In this document: positions 1-12,508 of the stretch, piece after piece
Layout: each line of letters starts with the position of its first letter
Numbering within the stretch: position 1 is the stretch's first letter
Notes under the pieces: model-generated
What the model was told of the DNA's origin: nothing
Databases searched by the model: none
The model's input: only the letters and a program-made list of their open reading frames with translations
Assembly: GCA_010015805.1 (NCBI GenBank)
Contig: ML978127.1
Location: forward strand, 868,001-932,000
From: Rhizodiscina lignyota
Taxonomy: Eukaryota
Direction of reading: 5' to 3'
DNA length: 64,000 nt
Position numbers and translations under genes: made by a program

Positions 1-753
1 GTCGTTTGCGAGTTCAGCGATGGGATAGCCCAGACCGATGATTTGCGCTCCTGTCCCGAGCGATTTGAACCCCGACCAATTTGCACCACAAACGTAGGCT
101 CCGCACTCAATCAAATGACCTAAGACCAGAGCACCAGCTAGCTCATCAAGTTGAGATTCACCCCAGCCATGCCACCATATGCCGGCAGCAATGACAGGAG
201 CGGCATCTGCGGTGCGACCGGTGATCACAATGTCTGCTCCTTCAGACCAAGCTTTTGCGATGCCCTTTCCTCCCAAATAACATTGAGCATAGATAGGCTC
301 AAAGTCCCACGAGGAGAGGTCTCGGTCAGTAGTGAGACTCTGCACTCCATCGCCCTTCTTTTGAAGGGCCTTGAGCTGTTCAATGCTGACTTCGTCACCC
401 TCGAGCCATGCAACTTTCAGATCAAGCCCCTTGGCCTTGATCATTTGGCTAACATGCGTTGCTAGGAGCTCAGTGCTTGAGGCACCTGCATTCGCAGCGA
501 TCTTGAGCTTCCTGGCCGCAATATCCTCCAGCGCCGGCTCCAAAGACTCAAGGAACACCTCTTCGTAGTTGGCAGCGTCTTTGTCCTTGAGTTTACCCGC
601 CCCACGAGTCGTCATATTGTACTCGCTCATCCAGTCTCCGAAAATGACATCCACGTCTTCGTTTTTGGCCATTCGTGCGAGGACACCATGGCGATCGGTA
701 ATGCCTCCCTCGCATCCTCCAATTCGAACTGCTCGATCTGCAACGGAAGGCAT
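1..753 (-). CDS. DUF1446 / acyclic terpene utilisation AtuA-like protein, copy 1 (runs off the window edge)
   Basis: Manual translation from ATG at 753: MPSVADRAVRIGGCEGGITDRHGVLARMAKNEDVDVIFGDWMSEYNMTTRG..., later IVITGRTADAAPVIAAGIWWHGW and GALVLGHLIECGAYVCGANWSGF, which are typical DUF1446 motifs. Absent from the ORF track because there is no stop inside the window. Confidence 0.88.
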   Translation of the reverse strand, partial: MPSVADRAVRIGGCEGGITDRHGVLARMAKNEDVDVIFGDWMSEYNMTTRGAGKLKDKDAANYEEVFLESLEPALEDIAARKLKIAANAGASSTELLATHVSQMIKAKGLDLKVAWLEGDEVSIEQLKALQKKGDGVQSLTTDRDLSSWDFEPIYAQCYLGGKGIAKAWSEGADIVITGRTADAAPVIAAGIWWHGWGESQLDELAGALVLGHLIECGAYVCGANWSGFKSLGTGAQIIGLGYPIAELAND

Positions 754-1522
754 CGCGTCTAGGGGCCTAGGACTTGAAAAAAAGGCTAAAGGACTGCTTT
801 TCAAGCTGGAAGATAGTAAATGAACTCCTACCGTACCGTCATTCAAGTATTTATGAAATACATCCGCTGTGAAACCCCCTCATTATCCCGGTAACGCGGT
901 CCGCACGCCGAACCCCAAGGATGAGATGGAGATACTATCTCGCTGCGACTACGCAGAGGAGGCGATTATGCAGAAGGGAAACCGGTAGAAAGCGTTAAAG
1001 GGAACAAAACAATAAGGCAGGAGGATAGAGGAGTACCTGATCTGGAATCGTTCAAGGGCGCGTGGTACACACATATCAGATTAAGCTACGGATAGTGGAA
1101 TAGGGCTGAGGGGCGAGGGGGTGGGCTAGACCTGCCCAGCTTCATTGCGACATTGAGGCTCTCCGGGCTCAAGGTCGGTTATGTCCATTGAAGGTGCTTT
1201 TGAATGTGCTAAGTTATGAGATATGGCGTCCACCCTGCATATGTAAGCCTTGGCGTGCAAATGGCGACGCGTTTGCGGTTGGACGAACGGAAAAGGAGGC
1301 GAACGCGCCACGCGCCGGCTATCACTAACCACCACACCCCGCAATGTCAGCCCTACACGACCTCCGCTAGATACTCTATAGCCCTGTGTACATCTCATTC
1401 TGCACGTGTAGTGGTGTATGTGTTGTTGGAACTTCAGCCCCTTGGCGTATTGATTTTCAATCATCGGCGCGTATCCGCCTTTTCATGTCCCTCTCTGAGC
1501 ATCGAGACGGAGACAACCCATT

Positions 1523-3996
1523 ATGCCATCGTCAAATCGACGGTCCAGCGAAGCCGACGCTGTCTATCGCCCTGTATCGCGGGTGCGGCAGGCATGCACG
1601 ACCTGCAGGTCAGCCATTCGCTCGAGCGCATACGGCCCCATACTGCACGCGTAGAGTTCGACTGACTGACTTTGAAAGGCTGAAGAAAGTACGTTGCAGC
1701 GGAGAGAAGCCGAGATGTGACAATTGTCGTAAGACAAAACGAGGTAAACTTCGGATATAATCGTTGTCGGGCTCTAGTTCATTCGAGGCAGAGTGTGAAT
1801 ACCCCGAGAACCATCGGCTTTCAAAATGTGATTACCACAACTCTACGCACCTCGTAATGATCTATTCGGTTCCTCTGTGAGCCAAGAGCTCATGATTTTG
1901 CAGGAAAACTTGCCGGCCATATTCTCCCACTTTGAAAGTCGCCTCTCTGGTATCGAGCAACTGTTGACAAAGCTCGTCAATCGGCGCGAGAGGTACGCGT
2001 ACACACATTCCGCCTCGGCTTCGAGCGAGCGAGACTGAAACTGATGATACATGTTATCTGTGTGACAGTGGCACTATACCCATCGATCTCATAAGTAATG
2101 GATCCTCGCCACCAGCACCCTTGGCAGGTACGAAACGAAAGCGAACACAATCAGTCTCGCAGGACAGCTCGGGCTCCACTGTGGAAATAGATCACACTAT
2201 CGAACAGGTTTCATTTGCTGGAATGCTACCCATGACCGTTCTCCTCGACATCATCGACACGTATTTTACTCATTGCCATCGCCAACCGTACTCATTCTTT
2301 CACGAGGCCGACTTTCGACAACAATTATCAGAGGGAAAAATTCCAGATCATTTGCTCTTCGCTCTGTTGGCAAATGCCTTCAGATATTCGACACACCCGT
2401 ATCTACAACATAATGCTCAAGAGCTTGCTGTGACCTATGTCGAGCGTTCCTGGCGATCCATTGTTTCCGACTATTTTGCAAAAAGCCGAAAATTCGACAT
2501 CGCCACAGTCCAGACTCTTGCACTTTTGGCCATCTTCGATTTCACAGGTACGCAGCTATAACCCTTTGATAATTGGGAGTATTATGCTTAGTTTCTCAGC
2601 TGGAAAGAGCCGTCAAGGCTCATCCTGGCTCAAGATTGGCATTGCCATCCGAATAGCACAAGATCTTAGGTTAATGATGGAGCCCGAAGAGGACATGAGC
2701 GCCGTCGATTTGGAGCAATGTAGGCGAGTGTTCTGGTCAATATATATCCTAGATCGTCTAGTATCCTGTGGCCGAGCTCGCCCTCACACAATCTCGGATG
2801 ACTCTTGTCAGTTGCAGCTTCCTGTCGACGACATGGCTCTCATTGCGGGATCGATAAAGAGGACACCGACATTTGAGCAGCTTTCGGATCTTAGATTGGC
2901 TGACCAGTGGCATCTTGATCCATTTGCAATCGAAGTGATAATGGCTCGCACTCTGGGCAGGACGGCACAGTACATGCTCCAGCAGGTCAACAATGAGAGC
3001 TCGAGTCCGCCCTGGAACGCGGACTCTGGCTACGCTAAGCTGCAGTCGGAACTTCTCCATCTCGAAACCTTGTTAAAAATGAGGATACCGATCGGCGAAT
3101 TATTATCACAATATCGAGTGGCAGAGAATAAAATTGACCATGCAGATGTGGGTCCGGTTTTATTTTCGAGGGCACTTTTCCATCTCTGTTACTCGCTCCT
3201 AAACAATCCCTTCCTTCTGAGGCGTCGGATGCAGCATTTTGCCCCTGCTCCCCCAAGCTTTCAGGTTCGAGCCTTCGAGGAGGGATGGCATCATGCCCGA
3301 CAGCAGATTGCCCTCCTCCGTGAGTGTCGGAACGCAGGCTGTACGGTTCGAAATCCGTTCTACGGCTACTGCCTCACTGTCCCCAGCTCTATTTTTCTGC
3401 TGAATCTGCAGAGTCCCAAGGCAGAAGTCGCGAATGAATCCAGCGTCCTGCTGCAAGAGTCGATTTCAATTATGGAAGAAATAGCAAAGTATTGGAACAG
3501 CGTATCGTTCATGGTAAGAGTGATCCCGCTACCACTTCGTCCCGAAATTCCACAAAGTTAACAACAGAACTAGCGCGAGGAGCTGAAGCGGTTCGCCGAG
3601 GATTCCCAGCCTTTCACATGTCTAGCCAGCGATGCGCCGGAGTCTCCGAATCTCTCTTCTGACCATGAATCCATAATGTGGCGCCTAGTAGACTACAGCA
3701 CGATGTCAAACATTGATGTTTCAAACTACTCCGCCAAACCCCATGATGAGGATTTCTGGCAGGCTTTTGACAACGTGTGGAGCGATATGGCGGATGGACA
3801 GTATCTTTTAGGCTCTGGATTCAACGAACGGGGAATTGACAACGCTCGTACTGAATTTGCTTTCTACGATTACAACACAGCAGTAGGCGGCGCAATGGAC
3901 TTCCCAACCGCTAGCGCGACAGAAGAGCCTCAAGACAGCAGAACCGAGGCCGCTCGAACTTTTGAGCATACACGAATTCCAGGGTCATATAGCTAG
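1523..3996 (+). CDS. Zn(II)2Cys6 transcription factor with fungal-specific TF domain (multi-exon)
   Basis: Spliced N-terminus RVRQACTTCR/LKKVRCSGEKPRCDNCRKTKR/ECEY; middle homology region HRQPYSFFHE, WLKIGIAIRIAQDL, RRVFWSIYILDR (ORFs 2121-2561, 2437-3561, 3676-3996). Internal exon boundaries approximate. Confidence 0.9.
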
Positions 3997-4833
3997 TGCG
4001 CCCATTTGTGACAAAGGCCGGTCGGGGCTTCCAGGAGTCGCAGCAGCAAGAATTCTGTGGCGATTCTGGCCTTAACCGTTCTGGTATCATCAGAGACATA
4101 ATAGGATGCAGATGATTTGATAGTAAATCATGAATTCCGTAGAGCTCCTTATTTTACGAGGGTGTGACTCGCAATACAACCGAATTGATTCTGGAGCCAA
4201 AGCTTTCTGTTCGGCGCCATCTCATGAATGCTCGGACTACGTCCTTCAGAAACTGGAGCCGTCGGCGCAGCCGGGACAGCGGAACCGTATACAAATGATC
4301 GACCAATGCTAATTCATTAAGTACTCGGCGCAATCGAGACCGACCTTTCTGGCATGGAACTGTGCAATTCGGGCTACGGTCCGGCATCCGCAGCGTCTCG
4401 TCTACTAGCGCTGAGGCAATGTACTGAAGCCCCAGCTTATAGCAGGCCGAGAATTGTATTCACCGTAGGATGAAATAGATGCACTGGCAATATGTTCGTG
4501 GTCATTGCCTACGATGGGCTACTGCTCTTAGATGAGGTTGAAGTACTACTGCATTAAGGGCACTTCGAATGACAGGGGGCAGGAAGGTCTCTGTAGAATG
4601 TTGATACGGATGTTTCTAAAGGAATTGTCGGGGGTCGTAGATCTCGTTGTCAACTAAGAATTCGTGATGCAGTTGTTCTCGATCACCATTTATCTTAAGC
4701 CATTCTTCCTCGCAGAGCTCGACGATTCCATACTGCAGCGGAATGCTTCACTTTGTGACTTGGTAGATTCATCTCGGTACTTGCTTGTATCCGAATAGCT
4801 ATTAACCTACAAATTCATCTTGACTTCTTTTGC

Positions 4834-7024
4834 TCAATGAACGCCATTCGTGCCATTCGTGGTCTTCATAGATGACAAAACATCCACTGGGACTTCAATG
4901 ACCTTGTCTCGAATATAGTCGGCAAAGCCCTTTCCCAAACTGTCCAGCAGCGTGCTCGCAAGCACACCACGACCTAGAATACCGTACACCACAAAATGGA
5001 CTGCCGGGATATCAGGAAACTCCATGCGTTCGATGAAGTACTCATCGCGCCAATCGTCAGCGATGAGCTCTTGTAGCTTGGCCCGAGACATGAACGCACG
5101 GAACCAGGGCCAGATTGCAGGATCCTTGGGAAAGATGCCGAAGTTGCAGTTGGCACCTTTGTCTCCAGACCGACCCAACGCAATATCGCCAAGCCTCACA
5201 GCTTTCGTTGGCCCTTGATTAGCATTCAGCGCGTCTACTTCGGCATCGAAATTGATGCGGCGTTCCAGATGATAGTACTTGCTTGGGAGTTTGGCTGGAA
5301 CAGACTTGACAGTGCCGTCTGGCGAGATAACATGTGCAACTTCATCGAGGTCATTTTGGTCGATCAAGCCAGGATAGAAAGCAATATATGGCCTGGGCTC
5401 GGCGGTTCTCATATCCAGTGACCAATGGAGACCTGCAGCACGTCAGCAGCTTCTTATTTCCGCCCACGAGAGGGTGCTTACCGTGAAGATGTTGCATTAC
5501 GAAATCATCCCAGCAGGGCTTAATATGAGCACATGGCTCTTCTGTTGGAGATTGTGCGAAAATTCGGCAGTAGGTGGTGCTTCTCAACTGACTCCTTGGG
5601 TTGGGTTCTGGGGTGCCAACACTTTCATCAAGTTAGTTTCGGGGGTGTATGTCAAGGTAACCTTCACTGGAAGCACTAAACTCACGTACATTTGAAATTC
5701 AAGATTGTCGAACTTGTCAATCACTCCACGCTCTTTCAACCCAAACCGGATCTGTTTCTCGAACAGCTTCCATTTCTGGGCAGTGGCATAGCCCACCACA
5801 TTAGCGAGCAGCTGCGCCTGATATCCAGCATCATAGAAAACGGCGAGTTTTGTCGTAGGCGGTGGAGGATATCCCTTGACTCCAGACATTCGGGCTCTGT
5901 CCTTTCCAACATCTTCAAAGTGGACATTGGTGGTATCTGCGGAAACGTCGCTGTTCAGGTATATGGCCCCCTGGATCTCATACAAAAATTGACACCTCAG
6001 CACATCAGCATTTACAATGCCGTTTGTGTTGTCATGCTTCGTAATGATGGCTGTGCCGTCGCGCTCCACCTCTGCAATGGGAAATGGCAAGTCCACAAAA
6101 ATATCGAGATCGTATTGATCGAATCCGGCAAAGTTCGCCCCACAGGCGTAAGCAGAGCACTCGATCAAGTGGCCTGCGACTAGAGATCCGGCAAGTTCGT
6201 CATAGTCGGTGTTTTGCCATCCATGCCAGTACCAAGCAGCAGCAATGACGGGGGAAGCATCTGCACACCGGCCACAAATCACGATATCTGCACCATTTTC
6301 GAGTGCGGTTACGATACCTTTCGCCCCCATGTACGCGTGCGCGGTGATGATCGGCCTGGCCTTGGTGTCCTGGAGTGCGTTTGCCAGCGGATTTAATTTG
6401 ATATCAGGATTCTCCGAGTCAAGATGAGCCGGCAATTTACCCTTTGAAAGACCGTCCTTCGTCCTTTCAGTGATATCATCTCCCGTAACGTAGCCAGCCT
6501 TCAGGTCATACTTTTTTTTGTTGATCTGTAGATCAGTCAGTACTGCTCAATTGCTGAATGGTTACGTGTTGCGTACAAGTTCCTGGACCTTTTGCGCAAG
6601 ACCGGCAGGATTGAGAGCGCCTCCATTGACAATGATCTTGATTCGTTTCTGGGCAATAAGGTCGATGGATTGCTCAATGCCATCCCAACAGGTGAATTCC
6701 CAACCGTCGTGTTCGCCCTTGTCCATGGCAATCTTGTTAATGGGTAGATTGATTTCTGTCCAGATTTCTTCAGCATAACTCTCTCATCTTCGGCTTAGAC
6801 AAGCCCGAAATACCTGCTAGGTAATCTCCTGTGATAAAGTCTACGTCTCCCCTTTCTGCTTGCCTGCGCATGTGGAAACCAGGATCAGCTGCACAAGGGT
6901 TAGTTTGACCATTCCGTATCTCCATAGTCAATGTAGCTAGGCTCTCACTTCTTGCTCCGGAACAATTTGCAATTCTCACGGGACGCTGGCCCCGTTGACT
7001 CCATCTTGAAGAAGTTGAAGACAT
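4834..7024 (-). CDS. DUF1446 / AtuA-like protein, copy 2 (multi-exon)
   Basis: VRIANCSGA, DVDFITGDYLAE, NGGALNPAGLA, AHAYMGAKGI, ADIVICGRCADASPV, GHLIECSAY, and C-terminal LGDIALGRSGDKGANCNFG...LDSLGKGFADYIR. Confidence 0.9.
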
Positions 7025-7936
7025 GATACGATGAGATATTTGTGGGTTAAGAGATGTACAGAGAATATGTCCGCGGATTCAGTGTGGAATCTAACGATCA
7101 CAAAGTTGTCCGATGCAAGATATATATGTAATGGGGATTGTCTCATTTAATTGGAATGATCATGCTCTCGACTGCCCGCTGCCCGGCACTCGGATGCGTT
7201 CCCCGAGGGTCTCCTCTTCTGGATAAGCGTGGTCAGGACATGACGGCAGTAGGAATACAGGCGCCTCCATAATTCTTGCTTTCCTAGTGCCAGTTGAAAG
7301 TAGTACATGTATAGTGCGAGGGTGTGTTTGTGGTGGTGTTACGAGGAGGGATGCTTGAGGGAGGTCTCCTTAGTCGTGCAGGTTGCAACAGAACAGGGCT
7401 AGGAACTAGTGGCCGTAATGAGACCCACATTGCCAAGGCCAGTTGCAGCCACGTCGAGGTACCGGAAGTACTGGTTCCGGGTGATGAGGTGCCGAAATCA
7501 GGGTCACTTACGTACCGATTGTGTGGGTGCTCAGTACTTGCCGGCGGCTGCTAAATATTCAGGTACCCGTAGGAGGGTACAAGATGCCCCGTGCGTGGTT
7601 ACACAGGCACCCGCAGCACCAGATTTCCAACACCCACGGTTGGAAATCAAACAAATCAATATCTTGTTAAGGACCATAATCATTTAAGAACCTATGTACT
7701 TGATCAAGTGAAGTGTTGGAGCTAAGGTATATCGTTTGATCTGCATGGGACGGGTTCGTGGCCAATGTCTATGCAATGACGTAGTGACCAAAGAATTACG
7801 AAATTTTAAAGTTCGAGTCCTGGACGGCCATAAATACGCTTTCAGACCACGATTTACACTGTCAATTGCATAAACCATCTTCATAAAATTTCTGAATGCT
7901 ATAGCTATTGGAAGTGCGGTCATATGGTGCGAAAAG

Positions 7937-8260
7937 ATGTCTTTCGTCCGATCATCGAAGAATCTTCTGCGGCCTCATTTCCGGCTAACTACAACTCAAT
8001 CCTCCTGCCGCACTTTTACATCAACGACTGTCCGAGTCTTGAAAGAGGACCACAAGGATCCTTCACCGGAAGAAACAGAGCGGTTAAAGCAAGAACAACT
8101 AAAGAAGCAAGAGAAGGGCGAGGGCCACTGGCATGAAGGTCTTGCGAGCGCCGGGGAGAGCAGTGTCAAAGCCGATCGACAAGAGGTAGATGACCATGAC
8201 AAGCATATGGAGGAACTGCAACAACATGGCAAGGAGAAGGCGCACAAGGGTGAACTCTAA
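7937..8260 (+). CDS. Small conserved fungal protein, probably mitochondrial
   Basis: 107-aa ORF with an Arg/Ser/Thr-rich, acid-free N-terminus (presequence-like), followed by the charged KQEQLKKQEKGEGHWHEGLASAGESSVKADR segment. Confidence 0.7.
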   Translation: MSFVRSSKNLLRPHFRLTTTQSSCRTFTSTTVRVLKEDHKDPSPEETERLKQEQLKKQEKGEGHWHEGLASAGESSVKADRQEVDDHDKHMEELQQHGKEKAHKGEL

Positions 8261-8526
8261 GGTCGACACCTTCCGATAACGATGCCGCTGTTGTTGCCTG
8301 TGGACTCCATAGACACATTGCTTCGCACAGCATTCATCGCATACCCGCGGATGCTATTACGATATCTACTTGGCTAGATGGAGGTTATTTATAATTACTC
8401 GGGTATACTGAATACATTCCTTTCCAGGTTTTAACCTCTCTGGGCACCTTTATGGCAATTAAATGAATTTTTGTATCGCGCATTTGCTCGCGCAGAGATA
8501 TCATAAGCACTAATGTCTCGAATAAA

Positions 8527-9583
8527 TCATACCACAACCCTTTTTGGTTTTCCCACGCACCAACCGACCACATTTTCTATTATCATCTCTTGAAAGGTCT
8601 TGAAGGTCTCCTGAGCGTACCATGCAATATGCGGTGTCACGACAAGATTGAGATCCCTTGTCTCTGGCTTCAGTAGCTCGGAATTACTGGGCTCAGCCGG
8701 TTCTGTGAGGAAGACGTCTGTCGCCGCTCCAGCTATCTGTTTATCCCTTAATGCCGCCAGCAATGCCGCTTCGTCCACAATACCACCCCGAGAAACATTG
8801 ATCAGGAGGGCATGGCGCCTCATCGCCTTGAATTCAGCAACTGATATCAAATTGAGCGTCTCTGAAGAGCGTGGGAGACATAATACCACTACGGAGGCCG
8901 TCTCAATCGCCTGATGGAATGAAATCCGGCCATTTCTGATGGAGTCCTGCCCCTTACGTTCAGCAACTACGATTTTCATTCCCAGGCTTCCCAGTAGTGT
9001 TGATACCCGCTCGCCTAGGTTCCTTTTGTATAAGCTTAATGTAGTCGAAATCGATATCGGAGTGCTCACCAATAGCGCCAAATCCGATCATAGCAACGGT
9101 CTCCTCCCGACACGTCAAAGGCGGCATGCCATCTCCATCATTGAGTGTCCTTGCCAACATCCCAGTGCTCGCCCACTCGCCTCTCCGAAGTGCTTCGCTG
9201 GAAGGCCCAAACCCCCTCCGACATGCAAAGTACCCCGCCACGGCATGCTCAGCCACGCTTTGAGCGTTTCCGTTTACAAGACTGCAAACGGTGACGCCCC
9301 TTGCCTTACAAGCTTGTAGATTGACACCATCAGTGCCCGAGCCGATGACTTGAATCATTTTCAACTTCGGAGTAGCCGATGGTGAGAGGATGTCGGCAGT
9401 CAACCGGGCGATGGTCACGATGACGATATCTGCATCGATGATCCGGGAGACGATCTCATCTGCACTGGTGTTGGAGTGCTCTATCAGGTCGTACGTATAG
9501 CCCGTAGGGAATGGAATAACAGGTATCGGAACAAATTTAGTCTCCAGCGCAACTATTTTGAAGTGGGTCTGTCGTGAAGACAT
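8527..9583 (-). CDS. D-isomer-specific 2-hydroxyacid dehydrogenase (glycerate dehydrogenase-like), one intron at ~9016-9068
   Basis: IGFGAIG Rossmann motif across the intron, LINVSRGGIVDE, AATDVF.EP, VTPHIAWY. Confidence 0.9.
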
Positions 9584-12508
9584 AATGACCGGTTGAGACG
9601 AACTGTCACAGCAACGAATCTAAGTGGACGGCTCCAAGCTCTTCCAGCAAATGTCTGATAGGTACCACAGTAGTCGAGTAATGTTCTTTCGATAACATGA
9701 AGATTAAAAATTCATTTGGAATCTATCGCAAACGAGAGTTGAAGATGTGAGACGCATGAATTTCGAATCGGCGTAATCATAGGCCATCTTGTCTGGCCTA
9801 TGACAGTGAATCCTCACACCTTCTAAGTATGTCCTTGACACGATAAGTCATCTAGCTAAAAATTTCCGCGGAATTAACCTCGCTTTTCGACGGGACGGTC
9901 CAAAAAATAGGTGAGGGGTGAGATATGTGACTAAGCAGAGGGCAGCATAACAACTTCCGATCTTATCTTGATAAAGGAACATGCCAAAGGTGCATAAGTA
10001 ACTGGACATTTCTGAGTTGTGTCCACGCATCATTCTTTTATCTGTCGAAGCTTGCGAGGCTGAAGATTTGTTTCGTCGACAGCCGAATACGAGCACCCCC
10101 AAGTGGCTGGGACTCGCCTTTTTAGGATGTGTCGCACGACATAATACACCACGCGGATGGCTATTTGCAGGATCGAGCTCACCAGTTGGAAGCCATTCCG
10201 CGCGAGGAGAACATGCATCTCACATGTGCCGCATGTTCTAGCCAAGCTGGTGTCCGTTGTTTCTCGCTCTCACATTCGGCGTCCACAGTATCTCAAAAAT
10301 GGCCGATCCTCTCATCCTTGAACAATGCGCTGAAACGTGCAGCCTGTTCAGAATCGAGCTGATGTGGCCGGGAATTGGAGCCGTTTTCTTACGGGGTCTC
10401 AGTCAATCCACGCCGCCGTTTGTCCTCTGATGCTCAGAGTTGTGTATTAACGAGTCATCTTCACGTCTTGAAGATGTTGCTAAGGAATTCCACAAGGTTC
10501 TCCTGACGCATCTGCGCAAGACCGTTTTGGAACACTACTACAGCAGAGCTGTAGCCGAGCAGTGGTGAATCAGATGCATCACGTCAAAGCAATTCAAGCT
10601 TGCGCGGAGCTGGTGTTCTGTTGATGTGAGAGGTGCAGAAAACACTGTCATTCCATACCATATGCACATCGAAGCCGAACCTGACCACGGTGAGCAACGA
10701 CCTTTTACGACCAGGGAGCCAGGAACGAGGAGCATTTGCTTGTGTCGCATAGCAATTCTCTTGATCTCCGAATTTCAAATTCGTCAACACAGCCTTGGAC
10801 GGAACGTGGATCCTGGTCGAAAAGGTTGCACGACCGCTTCGAAAGGCGTCGATGGAGAAATTGGGTTTGGACCTGTCCCACAGCTTGTGCAGTGCTGCCT
10901 CTTCTGGGACCCTATTTGATATGCTTATTGATCCTTGCCGCCACCGAGCGCTCCGATGGGGTTGGACAGGTGTTCCGTGCCCCTCAGCTGGACGAGGTGC
11001 CGTTCCTCTCGTGCATGTCGGTGGGGAGCTGCAGTGCAATTGTGCGGTCCAAGTTTTGACGGCTGGCAAAATTTCCTCTGGACATTGTACCTGAATGAGG
11101 ACTCACGGAGAAGAAGTGTATCGAGCCTTGCTCCTTTGATGTTGTTCAAGAAACATGTAGGGGTTTGGCGGGTCGACGGCGAGGTTGTTACGATGAGATG
11201 GTCATTGCTCTTAGCGTAATTTCAGAAGCAGTGGAAATAACGCTAGCTGCTTAAGGGAAGACGCGTCGATCGAGCAGCAGGAGATCGGTGCATCTCCGCC
11301 GCCAAGGAACGTCGAACGACGTTGCTTCAGCCACTTACACCTCGAATTGGCCAGCTTTCCACCTTGTTGACCTTGCTGTCTTTTCTTCGTCCAGGTTGTC
11401 TCCGCCGGCACAAATATCGCGGCACACCCGCCAGCAAGGCGCGCCTCTTCTTCAGTCCATTGGTGTGGTGCGAAAGGCCTTGTAGATGAAGCGTGGAAGT
11501 CGTGCTCCGCTGTCTTCGTTCTACATGACCAAACGCAAGCCTAAGATATCCGAAACGAGGGACAGGAGCGTTGGCACGACTTTGTGTGATGTAGACAGAG
11601 GAGCAAATCGTGAGACCGAATCGCCGTCCCCCGGCATTGCCTGGTGCAGTGTGTCCATACCACTGGTCGACTCTTCAGTGTGGCCATAACAGACGAGAGG
11701 TCACCTCTCTGAAAATGAGAACATAGATGCGGGGACGACCATCACTTCCGCTTGGATATCTCACGCATGAGACGACAGGGAAGCCCAGGATTTGGCCCGG
11801 TACTGTTCGTGGCGCGGCTTGCAGGTTATCGAAGGTCGCATGTCGGCAGCCTGCGTCGTGTCTTCCCCAACTCTGTGGTTGCCATCCTCGTGTGAAGGAT
11901 GGTCACTTGGCGGTAGTCGTTCCGCTTTCCTTTGGACCAAGTTCGATATTGGCTTCTCGGCGTGGCGTCGTGCTTAGCCCAAAGGTGTCTTGTAACTATT
12001 TATCGGCCACACACCAGGCGCATAGAAGAGAGAAGTGCTTTTGACTCAGCTTTGTGAAAGGAACCCAACGCCTCCAATTGCCTCCGCAATTGTCTATACG
12101 AGTGCCAGAGCTGTGCCATCACTGCCCAGCGGTGTCAGTCGCCATTGCTCGCCGTCTGCTCGCGCCTTCCGACATCGACTTCTCGCTTCTCGCGACGTTC
12201 TAACGGCCCAAGACCATTCGACAGGAATCCACTTTGAAGCGTTGCTTCCCTTCCTGCTGTCTCAACGGCCCGCCTTCCCCACATACCACACGTTGTCTAG
12301 CGCTGCTGTTTCTGCTCTTAACCACGAGGTCTGTACGCTTTCATGCTTTCTTTTGTACCTCACTTCCACCCTTTGCTGAGAACCCTACGTCTCTGCTTCT
12401 ACAACCGACCTTATATTCTTCGCTCTTATCCGGCGCACGCGGATTTCAGTGCTCACTCGCTCTCTACGGACCCCTTTCAACTTGATACACCTCCACCTAC
12501 TTTTCAAA

